The translations under genes and the position numbers were made by a program. A stretch of 64,000 nucleotides of DNA from Thermoplasmata archaeon. GTDB taxonomy: Archaea; Thermoplasmatota; Thermoplasmata; Lutacidiplasmatales; UBA184. Positions 35,883 to 44,924 of this stretch are shown here, piece by piece. The stretch is from positions 5,344-69,343 of the forward strand of contig JAKAWP010000003.1 of NCBI GenBank assembly GCA_021816955.1. Reading direction: 5' to 3'. The notes beneath the pieces are model-generated. The model did no database searches, was not told where the DNA came from, and saw only the letters and a list, made by a program, of their open reading frames with translations. Numbering within the stretch: position 1 is the stretch's first letter; the number at the start of each line of letters is the position of its first letter.

Positions 35883-36190
35883 CCCCGACGGCCGCCGAGA
35901 AGGGCGCCAAGAAGGCGACGATCTCCCTGACGGCGAACTCGAAGATCCGAGTCCGTTCGGCCGGTCCGGACGATTCGGCGATCGAGTCGACCGGGGTGTT
36001 CCGAGGGCTCGTGTCGATCGCCGGCGACAACTCGATCGCCGTCGAACTCGACGGCTCGAACCACGAGGTGAAGGGCCGGATCCGTCTCGTCCCGCTCTCG
36101 GCGCTGCTTGCCATCGACATCCTCGAGGCCGGCACCCCCGAAGAGGAAAAGCGGGCCGAGTCGCCGACGACGCCCGGCTACTTCCGCTGA
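35879..36190 (+). CDS. hypothetical small protein (beta-rich), coupled to the HTH gene
   Basis: In-frame ATG 35879 in track ORF 35522..36190 overlaps the HTH stop (ATGA). 103 aa, no motif recognised. Confidence 0.5.
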   Translation: MTPTAAEKGAKKATISLTANSKIRVRSAGPDDSAIESTGVFRGLVSIAGDNSIAVELDGSNHEVKGRIRLVPLSALLAIDILEAGTPEEEKRAESPTTPGYFR

Positions 36191-36213
36191 CGGCCGGCCC
36201 GGGCGAACCGAAC

Positions 36214-37326
36214 GTGCCGGTCCGTCCCGCGCCGCGCGAGTTTCCGCTCCCCCCGCGCTCGACGCCCCGGCCCCCGCTCGATCGTCGGCGACCGCCGTCG
36301 CACCTCCGCGAGATGATCGAGGCGCAGCCGGCGGCGATCCGCGCGACGACCGCGAGCGCCGCCCGGGCGCGGTCGCACCTGCCAGCGCCTCGGCTCGATC
36401 GGCCGATCTACTTCGTCGGGCAAGGCACTTCGTTCCACGCCGCGATCGCGGGCGCGTTCGCCGCCCGTCGCCGCTGGCCGCCATCGGTCGCCGTCGAAGC
36501 ATGGCCGTCTTGGGAGGTGGCGACGGGGAGCGTGCCGCTCGACCCGCACGGGTTCGCCATCGTCTACAGCGCCGAAGGAGAGACCGCCTTGACGGCCGAG
36601 GCGCAGCGGGCACTCCGTGCCGCGGGTGTCCCGCAGATTTTGATCACGGCCGTGGCCGCCCCGACCTCCTCGTCGCGGATCGCCGACGCAACGTTCGTGA
36701 CACGCGGCGCGACCGAGGCGTCGTGGGTCCATACGGTGAGCTATACGGCCGCGGTGGCCGCGACCCTCGAACTGATCGGCGGGTGGAGCCGGGCCGGGCG
36801 ACGCGTCGGCCCCGAGCTTGGGCGAGCCGTAGCGGGGCTGGTCGCCCGGCAGCGGTCGTTCCGGGCGCTCGCGGGCCGCCTCCGACGCGCCCGAACGTTC
36901 GTGCTGCTCGGCGCGGGCGCGGGGACGGCGACGGCCCGAGAAGCGGCGCTCAAGGTGCGCGAAGGAGCCCGACGGTTTGCGACGGCGCTCGGGATCGAAG
37001 AGTTCCTGCACGGCGCCCTTCCGTCGGTCGACCGTTGCACCGCCGTGCTCGCCGTGGCGACGACTCCGATGGAGCGGGCCCGGGCGCGCGAGGCGCTCAC
37101 CGCGGCCCGGATCGCCGGCGCGGCTGGCGTCTTGTTCGCCCGGCCGCCGGTCGCCTCGGGAGAATACGGGCTGCCCGACGTCGGCGTCGACGCGTCGCCC
37201 GTGACCGACATCGTGCCGTTCCAGTGCCTGGTCGATGCGATCGCCGTGCAGGACGGCCGGATGCCCGACGGGATGGGGCTGGACGACCCGCGGCAGTGGC
37301 GGGCGCGATCGTCGTTCGGCGTGTAG
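36214..37326 (+). CDS. SIS-domain sugar-phosphate isomerase/deaminase-like protein
   Basis: REMIEAQPAAI N-terminal motif. Two SIS-like halves (IYFVGQGTSFHAA...SAEGET; FVLLGAGAGTATAREAALKVRE). Confidence 0.75.
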   Translation: MPVRPAPREFPLPPRSTPRPPLDRRRPPSHLREMIEAQPAAIRATTASAARARSHLPAPRLDRPIYFVGQGTSFHAAIAGAFAARRRWPPSVAVEAWPSWEVATGSVPLDPHGFAIVYSAEGETALTAEAQRALRAAGVPQILITAVAAPTSSSRIADATFVTRGATEASWVHTVSYTAAVAATLELIGGWSRAGRRVGPELGRAVAGLVARQRSFRALAGRLRRARTFVLLGAGAGTATAREAALKVREGARRFATALGIEEFLHGALPSVDRCTAVLAVATTPMERARAREALTAARIAGAAGVLFARPPVASGEYGLPDVGVDASPVTDIVPFQCLVDAIAVQDGRMPDGMGLDDPRQWRARSSFGV

Positions 37327-37338
37327 GGCCGGCCCGGA

Positions 37339-37441
37339 CGGGCTTGCTGGGAGTTTCGTCGGCGACTCTGTCGCGCCGATTTCGAACCCAGGTCTTTGGC
37401 TCCGAAGGCCAAAAGGATAGTCCAAACTACCCCACAAGCCC
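37339..37441 (-). tRNA. tRNA-Arg (anticodon UCG) with a 28-nt intron between positions 59 and 60
   Basis: Hand-folded cloverleaf. Acceptor stem GGGCTTG/CAAGCCC, D-arm with A14, G18 G19 and A21. Anticodon stem TTGGC/GCCAA with loop CTTCGGA. G15-C48 pair. T-stem CTGGG/CCCAG. The T-loop becomes TTCGAAT after intron removal. Discriminator is G; no encoded CCA. Confidence 0.85.
37353..37380 (-). other. tRNA intron with bulge-helix-bulge splice motif
   Basis: Pre-tRNA reads CUGGG-UUCG-(AAA)-UCGGCG...CGCCGA-CGAA-(ACU)-CCCAG. This gives two 3-nt bulges on opposite strands separated by a 4-bp helix (UUCG/CGAA), with flanking helices. Cutting after the second bulge nucleotide yields the T-loop UUCGAAU. 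Confidence 0.75.
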
Positions 37442-37462
37442 GCGCCCCGCGCACGCCGAGCT

Positions 37463-37471
37463 TCGTATTTG
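37463..37471 (-). promoter_or_regulatory. TATA-like box for the tRNA-Arg gene
   Basis: Minus strand reads CAAATACGA, centred about 26 nt upstream of the tRNA 5' end. Confidence 0.4.
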
Positions 37472-37710
37472 GCCGTTCCGCCAAACCGCCCGACCGGGAA
37501 GCCCCGACCGGTAGGGGAAGAACGGACCAGCGCGACGAGCCGCTCCGCCAAGACGGCCCGGAACGACCGGCCGATCTTGACAAGCGGAGGCGGCCGATCC
37601 GGCCGGCGGTTCAGGCACCGTACGGGCGGGGCACCGGCCGTTGCGGCGCGGTCCCCGGTCTCGAAGAGTTGACCCCGGGCTCCCCAGAGGCGGCCCGGGC
37701 GGTTTCCCCG

Positions 37711-40700
37711 CTAGGCCGAGGAGGACGACGCGGGGTTTTCGAGAGGGGCCGAGGGGGCGGACGGGCGTCCGGGGTAGCGCTCGAGCGTCGTCTGGACGGC
37801 GTGGGTTGGGAAGAGCGTCGCGAGCGACTCCGAGAGGAGCGCGATCCGCTGGCGGACGTACGGAGGGATTCCGTCGATGCGGCTGAGCCGCTCGGTGAGG
37901 GGGAGGTACTTGCGCACCGACGCTTCGTGGACCGTCGGCTGGAGCTCGCCATCGCACCGGGCGCCGTTCGGCCGTCGGACCGAGCAGCGCAGCGAGAGGG
38001 GGGGACGACGGTAGCTCGCCCGGCACCGCTTGCAGAGGAACTTCTGCGTCGCGTAGCTCTTGAGGTTCCCCATCACGTCGGGCAGGAAGTGGCTGTTGAG
38101 GAGCAGGGCGACCGCGTCCGGCACATCGACCGCCCGGAGCCGGGCGGTGAGGTTGAGGGAGATCTCCACCATCCGGTCCATCGAGCCGGCCTCCCGGTAG
38201 GCCGAGCGGACCGGGCCGCCCGCCAGATCGTGCGTGTCGTGGGTGAACCCGTAGCCTTCGAGCGCGGTCCCGCGGCCGATCCGATGGCCGACGGTGTCGA
38301 CGAGCGACTCGACCTCCTTCGCCGGGCGCCGCGCCGCGGCGGCCCGGTACAGCTCGAGCGGGTAGCGCGCACCGACGTCGACGTTGCGCGCCTCCGCGTC
38401 GACCTCCGTCGGATCGAGGCGCGTGGTCAGGACGAGCGGCTTGTCCATGAGCGCGCCCCGGCTCTCGGGAAGGTAGGCGCGCGAGAAGTTCAACAGCGCG
38501 TCCATGAGCAGCGTCACCGAATCTTCGTCGCCGTCGCAGTTCCGCCGCTTCGCGGCGTGGAAGACGGGCGAGGCGAAGCACGCCTCGGCCTCGGAGAAGC
38601 CGATGAGCCGGCCCGCGACCCCGCCCGACGTGTGCGGGGCGAGGGCGACCACGAGCGCGCCGACGAGGTCGTCGAGCCGTCGCGCGTGGTAGAACGGCTC
38701 GCAGCGGTACAAGCGGAGCAGTTCGTCGTCGACGAACCGGGCGATCTTGAGCAGGTACTGGCCGCACGAGCGGGCGACGATCAGGTCCTGCGGCTTGAGC
38801 TCGACCAGTTGCTCGGGGTCGGTGAGCGGCTCGCCGAGCCAGTCGCGGTCGTAGCCGAGCGACCGCAGCCGCTCGACGGACGTTCCGATCTCCCGCGGGC
38901 GGAAGTGCGTGAGCGGCAGATCGGTGAGGTCGAAGCGCGCCGTCCCGTCCTGGTAGACGGAGACTCCGTGCACCGCCCGCAAGAGGCCCTTTTCGATCGG
39001 CTCGGGCGTCTTCCCGGGCGAGGTGAGTCCTTTCACCCCCTTCACGTCCTGCGTCGGGGAGAGGCCGAGCCGTGCGACGGCGTCCTGAACCAGCCGGGCG
39101 ATCGGGATCTCCTCCTGCGCGATCGCCCCGGTCGGGCGCGTGTGGGCGCCGCAGGCGCAGAGCGACCAGACGGTGTGTCGGCCGCACGCGGGGCAGTGGC
39201 GGACGCCGAGCTCGAGGCGGATGCCCCGCTGACGCGTCTTCTCGACGGCGTCGCGCAGGGATCGGCGGTCGCCGCCCGCCTCCCCGAGCGGGAAGAGCGC
39301 GTGGACGTTCGGGCGCATCACCCGCTGGTACGCCTTCTCCGGACGCCCCACCCGGGCGCCGATCCGGCTCGGCGACCGGGCCCGGACAGTGACGCCCGCG
39401 AGCCGGCTCACGTAAGCGATCGGATCGGCGTCGACCGGGTCGAGGGGGGTCGACCGGACCCAGCCGGCTCCGCCCGCGAGCGGGGCGAGCCCGGCGCCGC
39501 CGACGAGCGCGGCGCTCGCGTCCGGCTCCCCCCGGATCCAGCCGTCGCCGATCGACCGGTGGAGGAAGCCGAGCCGCACGAGCACCTCGCGCCACGCGGC
39601 GTCGGCCGGAAGCTCGAGCGCGTCGTTCGCCCAGCGGCCGTGCCGCTCGACGAACTCGGCGAGCGCCCGGATCTCTGCGCTCGTCAGATCGTGCCAGAAG
39701 AGCAGGTAGCGAGGGTGCAGCGGCACGTGGTAACGGCGGGCCCAATCGACCGCCGCGGCGTACGAATCGGGGTCGAGAGCGCTCGGCGGGGCGCCCGCGG
39801 CGGCGAGTTCGGCCGCGTGCCATTCGAGGTCATACGTGCCCGGAACGAGCGGGCGGTTGTTCTCGACGAACTCGCCGAACGAGACGAGCAGTTCGCCGAG
39901 GTCGACGATCCGCCGAACGTACGGGCGGATCGCCTCCGCCGTCGCGGCGTCGTGGACGGCCGTGACCGTCCCGTCGGCGAGCTCGACGATCGGGCCCTCG
40001 ATCGTGTCGCACAGGGCGATCGCAGCGGCTTTCCCCGGGTACTCGAGCTTCACCTGCGTCCCGATCGCGACGAACCGGTCGAGCACGACCATCGTCGCCG
40101 GGTTCACCGCGCAGCTCGCGAGCCCGCTCGTGCGCGCCCGCCCGTAGACGAGACGAAAGCCGCCCGGACGGTTCGGATGAGCGAGGATCGGCCGGCCCCC
40201 GACCGCGTCGGTGAGGTACTTGGGGGCGACCGTCTCGTCGCCCGCGCCGGCGGCGTGGCCGAGATCGGCGAGGAACTCCCAGCCCGTGACGCCGAGCTTC
40301 TCTACGATCTTGCGGAGCTTCGCCGCCTTCTGGCAGAGCCCTTCGGCGAGGACGAGACAGGCGCCGCCCCGGATCCCGTTGGTCGGGACGCGGCGCAGGT
40401 CCCGGAAGGCGCTCACCTCCGCGTCCCCTTCCGTCGCCTCGCCGGTGATGCAGACCGGGACGTGGCGGACGACGCGATCGATCTCCTCCGGCGGCGGAAC
40501 GTACTGCAGGTGCTGGTAGTGCTTGTAGAGCGGGATCTCCTCCTTGTAGCGCTCCACCTCGTCGGGCTCGGCGACGAACGCGTCCAACCCGAGCTGCTGG
40601 CGGACGAGGTCGGCCAGCAACACGCTCAGCGCCTGCGCCGTTCCGCCGGCGGCCCGGATCGGTCCGGCGTAGTGCAGCTCCACGTACCGTCGGCCGCGGT

Positions 40701-41076
40701 CGTCGCGCAGCGCGACGGAGGCGAGCCCCTCGAGCGGGGCGACGAGGATCCCTTCCGTCAGGATGGCGAGGCCGACGCGCACGGCGGCTTCGACCCGGCG
40801 CTCGAGGGGGGGAAACCGTTCGGCATCCCCGGCGAGCCGGCGGGCGATCGCGATCGCGACCTCCTCCCGGGGCAGGCGCGACGCGAGGGCGCGGATCTCT
40901 TCGGAGATCCCGTCGATCCCGAGGTGGAGGAGCAGCTTTTCCACCCGCATCGCCATGTCGTGGGCGCGGGGCATCTCGGGCTCGCGCTCGGGGTCGATCC
41001 CTTGGGCGCGGGCCGCGGTCGCCCGAGCGTACGCGCGGTCGACCTCGGCCTCGATCGCGCGGAAGTACTGTTCCAC
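37711..41076 (-). CDS. polC: DNA polymerase II (PolD) large subunit DP2
   Basis: 1121 aa, GTG start. Recognisable DP2 blocks throughout (RPNVHALFPLGEAGG, CPACG zinc motifs, PHTSGGVAGRLIGF, CDGDEDSV). No intein-sized insertion. Confidence 0.95.
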   Translation of the reverse strand: MEQYFRAIEAEVDRAYARATAARAQGIDPEREPEMPRAHDMAMRVEKLLLHLGIDGISEEIRALASRLPREEVAIAIARRLAGDAERFPPLERRVEAAVRVGLAILTEGILVAPLEGLASVALRDDRGRRYVELHYAGPIRAAGGTAQALSVLLADLVRQQLGLDAFVAEPDEVERYKEEIPLYKHYQHLQYVPPPEEIDRVVRHVPVCITGEATEGDAEVSAFRDLRRVPTNGIRGGACLVLAEGLCQKAAKLRKIVEKLGVTGWEFLADLGHAAGAGDETVAPKYLTDAVGGRPILAHPNRPGGFRLVYGRARTSGLASCAVNPATMVVLDRFVAIGTQVKLEYPGKAAAIALCDTIEGPIVELADGTVTAVHDAATAEAIRPYVRRIVDLGELLVSFGEFVENNRPLVPGTYDLEWHAAELAAAGAPPSALDPDSYAAAVDWARRYHVPLHPRYLLFWHDLTSAEIRALAEFVERHGRWANDALELPADAAWREVLVRLGFLHRSIGDGWIRGEPDASAALVGGAGLAPLAGGAGWVRSTPLDPVDADPIAYVSRLAGVTVRARSPSRIGARVGRPEKAYQRVMRPNVHALFPLGEAGGDRRSLRDAVEKTRQRGIRLELGVRHCPACGRHTVWSLCACGAHTRPTGAIAQEEIPIARLVQDAVARLGLSPTQDVKGVKGLTSPGKTPEPIEKGLLRAVHGVSVYQDGTARFDLTDLPLTHFRPREIGTSVERLRSLGYDRDWLGEPLTDPEQLVELKPQDLIVARSCGQYLLKIARFVDDELLRLYRCEPFYHARRLDDLVGALVVALAPHTSGGVAGRLIGFSEAEACFASPVFHAAKRRNCDGDEDSVTLLMDALLNFSRAYLPESRGALMDKPLVLTTRLDPTEVDAEARNVDVGARYPLELYRAAAARRPAKEVESLVDTVGHRIGRGTALEGYGFTHDTHDLAGGPVRSAYREAGSMDRMVEISLNLTARLRAVDVPDAVALLLNSHFLPDVMGNLKSYATQKFLCKRCRASYRRPPLSLRCSVRRPNGARCDGELQPTVHEASVRKYLPLTERLSRIDGIPPYVRQRIALLSESLATLFPTHAVQTTLERYPGRPSAPSAPLENPASSSSA

Positions 41077-41167
41077 GCGTCGCGAGTTGCGTCCGCGCCC
41101 ATAAGCTTGCGTCCGGCGACTGCCGATGAGCCGACTCTTTGAGCGCGCGGCGGCAGGCGCGCAAAGC

Positions 41168-42283
41168 TCACGACGGCGGCGGCCAGTCGCTGAACGGGTT
41201 GCCCGTGGCCGGGCCGAGCGACTCGCTCGGGACCGGCCCGGCGCTCCCCGGCCGGAAGCCGTGCCCCCAGGCCGACGCGTACGCCCAGACGAGCGCGAGG
41301 AGGTCGAACGACCGGCGGTGCCGCTCGGCCACGACTCGACGCACCGTTTGGCGGGCCCGCAGCAGATACGGCAGTCCTTCCGGCGAGCGGGCCCATCGGT
41401 AGAGTCGGGGGCCGAAGAGCGCGCCGAGCCAGACCGGCCAGAGATAGTAGTTCCAGTGCAGGTAGAGGGCGGCCGGGAGCGGTTCGCTCGCCGGACACGA
41501 GGCCATCGGGATCAAGAACGCGACGCAGGCGACGAGCGGCCACGGTCCCCAGATCAAGAACGGGACGACGAACGCCACCGTGACGAGCGCGACCCCGGCG
41601 AGGGCGAGCCAGCGGCGGCGCGCGAGATAGTAGATCCCCATCACGATCGGGGCGAACTGCTTCGTGCCGTACGCCACGATCTCGGCGGCCGTCCGACGGC
41701 GGGGTGGCGCTCGCGGGCTGAGCGCATAGGTCAGCAGGGCGATCGGGAGCAGGTCGTTGAAGCCGTTGGCGGCCAGCAGCGCGATGACGGGCGAGCCGAA
41801 GACGAGGACGCTCCAGCGGTCGTGCCGGAGCAGGTAGACGGTCGCGGCCCACGCGAAGAGGGTCAGGCTCTCGTAGCCGACGGCGCCCGTGAACGGGATC
41901 TGGAGGAACATCGAGAGCGGCAGGTAGACGAACGTCGTCGTTGAGTGGAGCGGGACGACGGTCCCGGGAAGGAACTGTACGACCCGGTAGTCGAAGACGA
42001 GCGGGACGACGTACGGGTTGTGCCCGGCGGCGAGGACCGTCACGTATCGCGGGATCGCGAACGGCTCGTCCGTTCCGCCGTTGAACAGGCCGGTCGCGAT
42101 ACTGACCACCCCGAGGGCGGCCGAGACGGAGACGACGTACGGGACGGCGCTCGCGTACGAGCGGGCCAGCCGGCGAACGAGCGTCGGCACCGCGAACGCG
42201 CTCAAGGCGAGCGCGTCCAGCCAAAGCCGGTAGCGCAGGTCGACGACGAAGACGGCCTGGACAACGTCGCTCAGGCTGACCAT
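41168..42283 (-). CDS. polytopic membrane protein, paralogue 1 (possibly GT-C-like glycosyltransferase)
   Basis: 371 aa with many TM segments. First-loop acidic motif TDEPFAIPRY, plus ANGFND and KQFAP. Clearly paralogous to the upstream gene. Confidence 0.7.
   Translation of the reverse strand: MVSLSDVVQAVFVVDLRYRLWLDALALSAFAVPTLVRRLARSYASAVPYVVSVSAALGVVSIATGLFNGGTDEPFAIPRYVTVLAAGHNPYVVPLVFDYRVVQFLPGTVVPLHSTTTFVYLPLSMFLQIPFTGAVGYESLTLFAWAATVYLLRHDRWSVLVFGSPVIALLAANGFNDLLPIALLTYALSPRAPPRRRTAAEIVAYGTKQFAPIVMGIYYLARRRWLALAGVALVTVAFVVPFLIWGPWPLVACVAFLIPMASCPASEPLPAALYLHWNYYLWPVWLGALFGPRLYRWARSPEGLPYLLRARQTVRRVVAERHRRSFDLLALVWAYASAWGHGFRPGSAGPVPSESLGPATGNPFSDWPPPS
41399..41460. repeat. 62-nt segment nearly identical to 42617-42678
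   Basis: Hand alignment shows 3 mismatches in 62 nt. Encodes HWNYYLWPVWLGALFGPRLY in both paralogues. Confidence 0.9.
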
Positions 42284-42364
42284 CGCTCGACCCCCGGAAG
42301 GGAGAGAAGGGCCCGACTCGGAGAGACGGCGGCGTCCTGGGGTACAGACAACGCGGGCACGAAC

Positions 42365-43504
42365 TCACCGTCCGGGAGAACGGGGGGGAACGGTCGGCGA
42401 CCAATCGGCGAACGGATTCCCGACGTCGGGCGGGAGCGGGTCGCTGTCGGGAGGGATGGGGGCCGACGGCGAAAACCCCGCCCGATAGCCCGCGGCGTAG
42501 GCGGCCAGCATCACCCACAGTTGGGAGAGCCGCCGCCAATGGGCGGCCCATCGGGCATCGAGACGGGCGCGCGCGCGTCGAAAGTGCCGCTCGCCCTCCG
42601 GGGAGCGACACCAGCGGTAGAGCCGGGGGCCGAACAGCGCGCCGAGCCAGACCGGCCAGAGGTAGTAGTTCCAGTGCATGACGAGAACCGTGCCGGGACC
42701 GTAGCTCCCGCCCGAGGCGCAGGCGTTCGGCGGGACGAAAAAGACCGAGCAGAAGATCTCGGCAAAGGGACCCCAAAGAAGGAACGGCAGGACGAAGAGG
42801 AAGGTGACCAGCACGACGAGCGCGAAGCGGATCCACTGCCGTCGGAATAGGTAGTAGACGCCCGCGACGAACGGGGCGAACTGCTTCATCCCGAGGCTTA
42901 CGTACTCCGCGATCCGCCGCCAGGGCGCCGCGACCGGCGCGACGAAGGCGACCGTCAGGAACGCGAGGACGATCGGGTCGTTGAATCCGTTCGCCGCGAC
43001 GAGCGCGGGAACGGGACCTCCGTAGACGAGGACCGCCCACCGCTCCCGCCGCAACAGGTAGACGGTGGCGAGCCACGCGGCCAGGGAGAGCCCCTTGTAG
43101 CCGAACGACCCCGTGAACGGCACCTGGACGAACATGCTGAGCGGAAGGTAGACGAGCGTCGTGTCCGAGTGAAGGGTGACCGGCGGGGCGAGGAACTGGA
43201 TCTGGGTGTAGTCGAAGACGAGCGGGTAGGTGTACGGGTTGTGACCGGCCCAGAGGACGGTCACGTACCGCGGGATGGCGAACGGCTCGTCCGTGATGCC
43301 GTTGTAGAACCCCGTGACGATGCTGAACACCCCGAGGGCGAACGACCCCCCGACGACGTACGGGACGGCGCGCGCATAGGAAACGTGAGCGGCGCGGACG
43401 ATCGTCGGAACGGCGAACGAGACGAGGAGGAGCGCGTCCAAGTAGACCGCGAAGACCCAGCCGCTGCGCAGGACGCTGATGGCGGCGGCGAGCGGATCGG
43501 TCAT
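42365..43504 (-). CDS. polytopic membrane protein, paralogue 2
   Basis: In-frame ATG 43504 of track ORF 42365..44017 overlaps the HAD stop (ATGA). 379 aa with the same motif set as paralogue 1. Confidence 0.7.
   Translation of the reverse strand: MTDPLAAAISVLRSGWVFAVYLDALLLVSFAVPTIVRAAHVSYARAVPYVVGGSFALGVFSIVTGFYNGITDEPFAIPRYVTVLWAGHNPYTYPLVFDYTQIQFLAPPVTLHSDTTLVYLPLSMFVQVPFTGSFGYKGLSLAAWLATVYLLRRERWAVLVYGGPVPALVAANGFNDPIVLAFLTVAFVAPVAAPWRRIAEYVSLGMKQFAPFVAGVYYLFRRQWIRFALVVLVTFLFVLPFLLWGPFAEIFCSVFFVPPNACASGGSYGPGTVLVMHWNYYLWPVWLGALFGPRLYRWCRSPEGERHFRRARARLDARWAAHWRRLSQLWVMLAAYAAGYRAGFSPSAPIPPDSDPLPPDVGNPFADWSPTVPPRSPGR
42617..42678. repeat. 62-nt segment nearly identical to 41399-41460
   Basis: See the partner repeat. 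Confidence 0.9.
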
Positions 43505-44235
43505 CGGCGGCTCTCCCGATCGGTCGCCGCGAGCACGGTCGAGGCGATCGTCCCGGCCGGTTCGAGCGACGGGATCGTCGCGACCGACGGATCGGGCGGT
43601 CGGGCGCCGAACCGGTTGAACCAGACGGGGGTGAGCCCGGCATGTCGGCTCCCGACGACGTCGGTCTCCCAGCGGTCGCCGACCATCACGCTGGACGACG
43701 GGCTTCCGCCGAGCTCGCGAACCGCCCAGGCGAAGATCCGGGGATCGGGCTTTTCCACGCCCACCGACTCCGAGCAGAAGAGCGCGCCCGCGTACTCGTC
43801 GAGGCCGATCGAGGCGAGCTTGTCGGCCGCTTCCCGGACGAGGTTGTTCGTCACGATCCCGAGCCGAACCCCTCGGGCCCGCAAGGTCGCGAGGAGCGCC
43901 GCCGCCCCGGGCACCGGCCGGCGGTAGCGCTCGTAGGCGCGCCCGTACTCGGCCGCGAGTCCGTCGACGAGCTCCGGCCGCGGATCGAGCTGCCGGGCGG
44001 CGAGCAGCCGCCGCCACCGGAGCCGACGCGCCTCGAACGGGGAGAGGCTCCCCGCGAGCACGCGCGGGTGAAGCTCTTCGACCAGCTGGCTATAGTCGGT
44101 CACCCACGCCCGCTCGTCGGACTGGCCGAGCTCGGGAAAGCGATCGGAGAGCGCCCGGATCGCGTCCGCCATCGCTCCGTGGTGGTCGAACAGCGTGTCA
44201 TCGAGATCGAACAGGACGACCTCCGCTCGCCCCAC
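43501..44235 (-). CDS. HAD-superfamily hydrolase (subfamily IA-like)
   Basis: Motif I VLFDLDDTLF, later IVTNN and VMVGDRWETDV. Confidence 0.85.
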   Translation of the reverse strand: MGRAEVVLFDLDDTLFDHHGAMADAIRALSDRFPELGQSDERAWVTDYSQLVEELHPRVLAGSLSPFEARRLRWRRLLAARQLDPRPELVDGLAAEYGRAYERYRRPVPGAAALLATLRARGVRLGIVTNNLVREAADKLASIGLDEYAGALFCSESVGVEKPDPRIFAWAVRELGGSPSSSVMVGDRWETDVVGSRHAGLTPVWFNRFGARPPDPSVATIPSLEPAGTIASTVLAATDRESRR

Positions 44236-44366
44236 GAGATCCTCGAACCATCCTCGGCCTTAACAGATGCCCGATGCCGGCGCGATCGGCCCACCCCGCG
44301 GGACCGGCGCCGACCGACCGCGGCGACGCCCTTTGAGGCGACCGGCCGTGGAGTACCCACCGAAAC

Positions 44367-44924
44367 GTGAAGAGGGGGACCCAAGTGAAAGCCGCCGTGT
44401 CCGACCGATGGGCGGGCCCCCCGATCCGGCGGTTGCTCTTCGCCCTCCTCGGCCTCTTGCTGGCGCAGAACCTTCTCGGCACGGCGACCAACCTCTGGGT
44501 GACCGTCCCGTCGAACGTGAGCGGAGCCGGCGTGTGGGCGTGGGTCTTCTCCTCCGCGCCGCTCCTCGCGGCGCACGTGCTCGTTGCGCTCGCCCTGCTC
44601 GGGATGTTCGCGGGCGTGGTCGCGAGGAGCCGGTATCGACCGGATCGGCGCGCCGTTGGGACGGCATGGGTCGGGCTGATCGGCGTCCTCGTCGCGATCG
44701 GCGGCGGGGGGCTCTTCCTCTTCTTCGGGCAGGCGAACGGCTTCTCCCTCACGATGGAATCCGGGTTCGCCGCGGCGATCGGGTCGGTGGCGATCCTCCT
44801 CTACCTCGAAGGAAGCGGCCGATCGTCCCGCCCCGGTCCGACGGGGGCCGTGGCCGCCGAACCATCCCCCACCGGCTCAGCGGTGTCGGACACCCCACAT
44901 CCTTCGACCGGCCCGAAGACTTGA
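44367..44924 (+). CDS. hypothetical membrane protein (about 4 TM)
   Basis: GTG start. Four hydrophobic segments and a Pro/Ser-rich tail. No recognised motif. Confidence 0.5.
   Translation: MKRGTQVKAAVSDRWAGPPIRRLLFALLGLLLAQNLLGTATNLWVTVPSNVSGAGVWAWVFSSAPLLAAHVLVALALLGMFAGVVARSRYRPDRRAVGTAWVGLIGVLVAIGGGGLFLFFGQANGFSLTMESGFAAAIGSVAILLYLEGSGRSSRPGPTGAVAAEPSPTGSAVSDTPHPSTGPKT

Noticed and set aside
6249-41076. Inteins in atpA, nrdJ, polC or radA
   Set aside because: All four proteins have normal lengths and uninterrupted conserved blocks. No Cys/Ser...HN splice-junction insert was seen.
37396-41142. 1248-aa plus-strand ORF, with the 798-aa (37427-39823) and 444-aa minus-strand ORFs
   Set aside because: They are antisense to or out of frame with the PolD large subunit, which is recognisable along its whole length. 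The alternatives are Arg/Pro-rich.
40758-43643. 961-aa minus-strand ORF crossing polC and both membrane paralogues
   Set aside because: It is a wrong frame of real genes. The in-frame products have coherent TM helices and conserved motifs, and this one does not.
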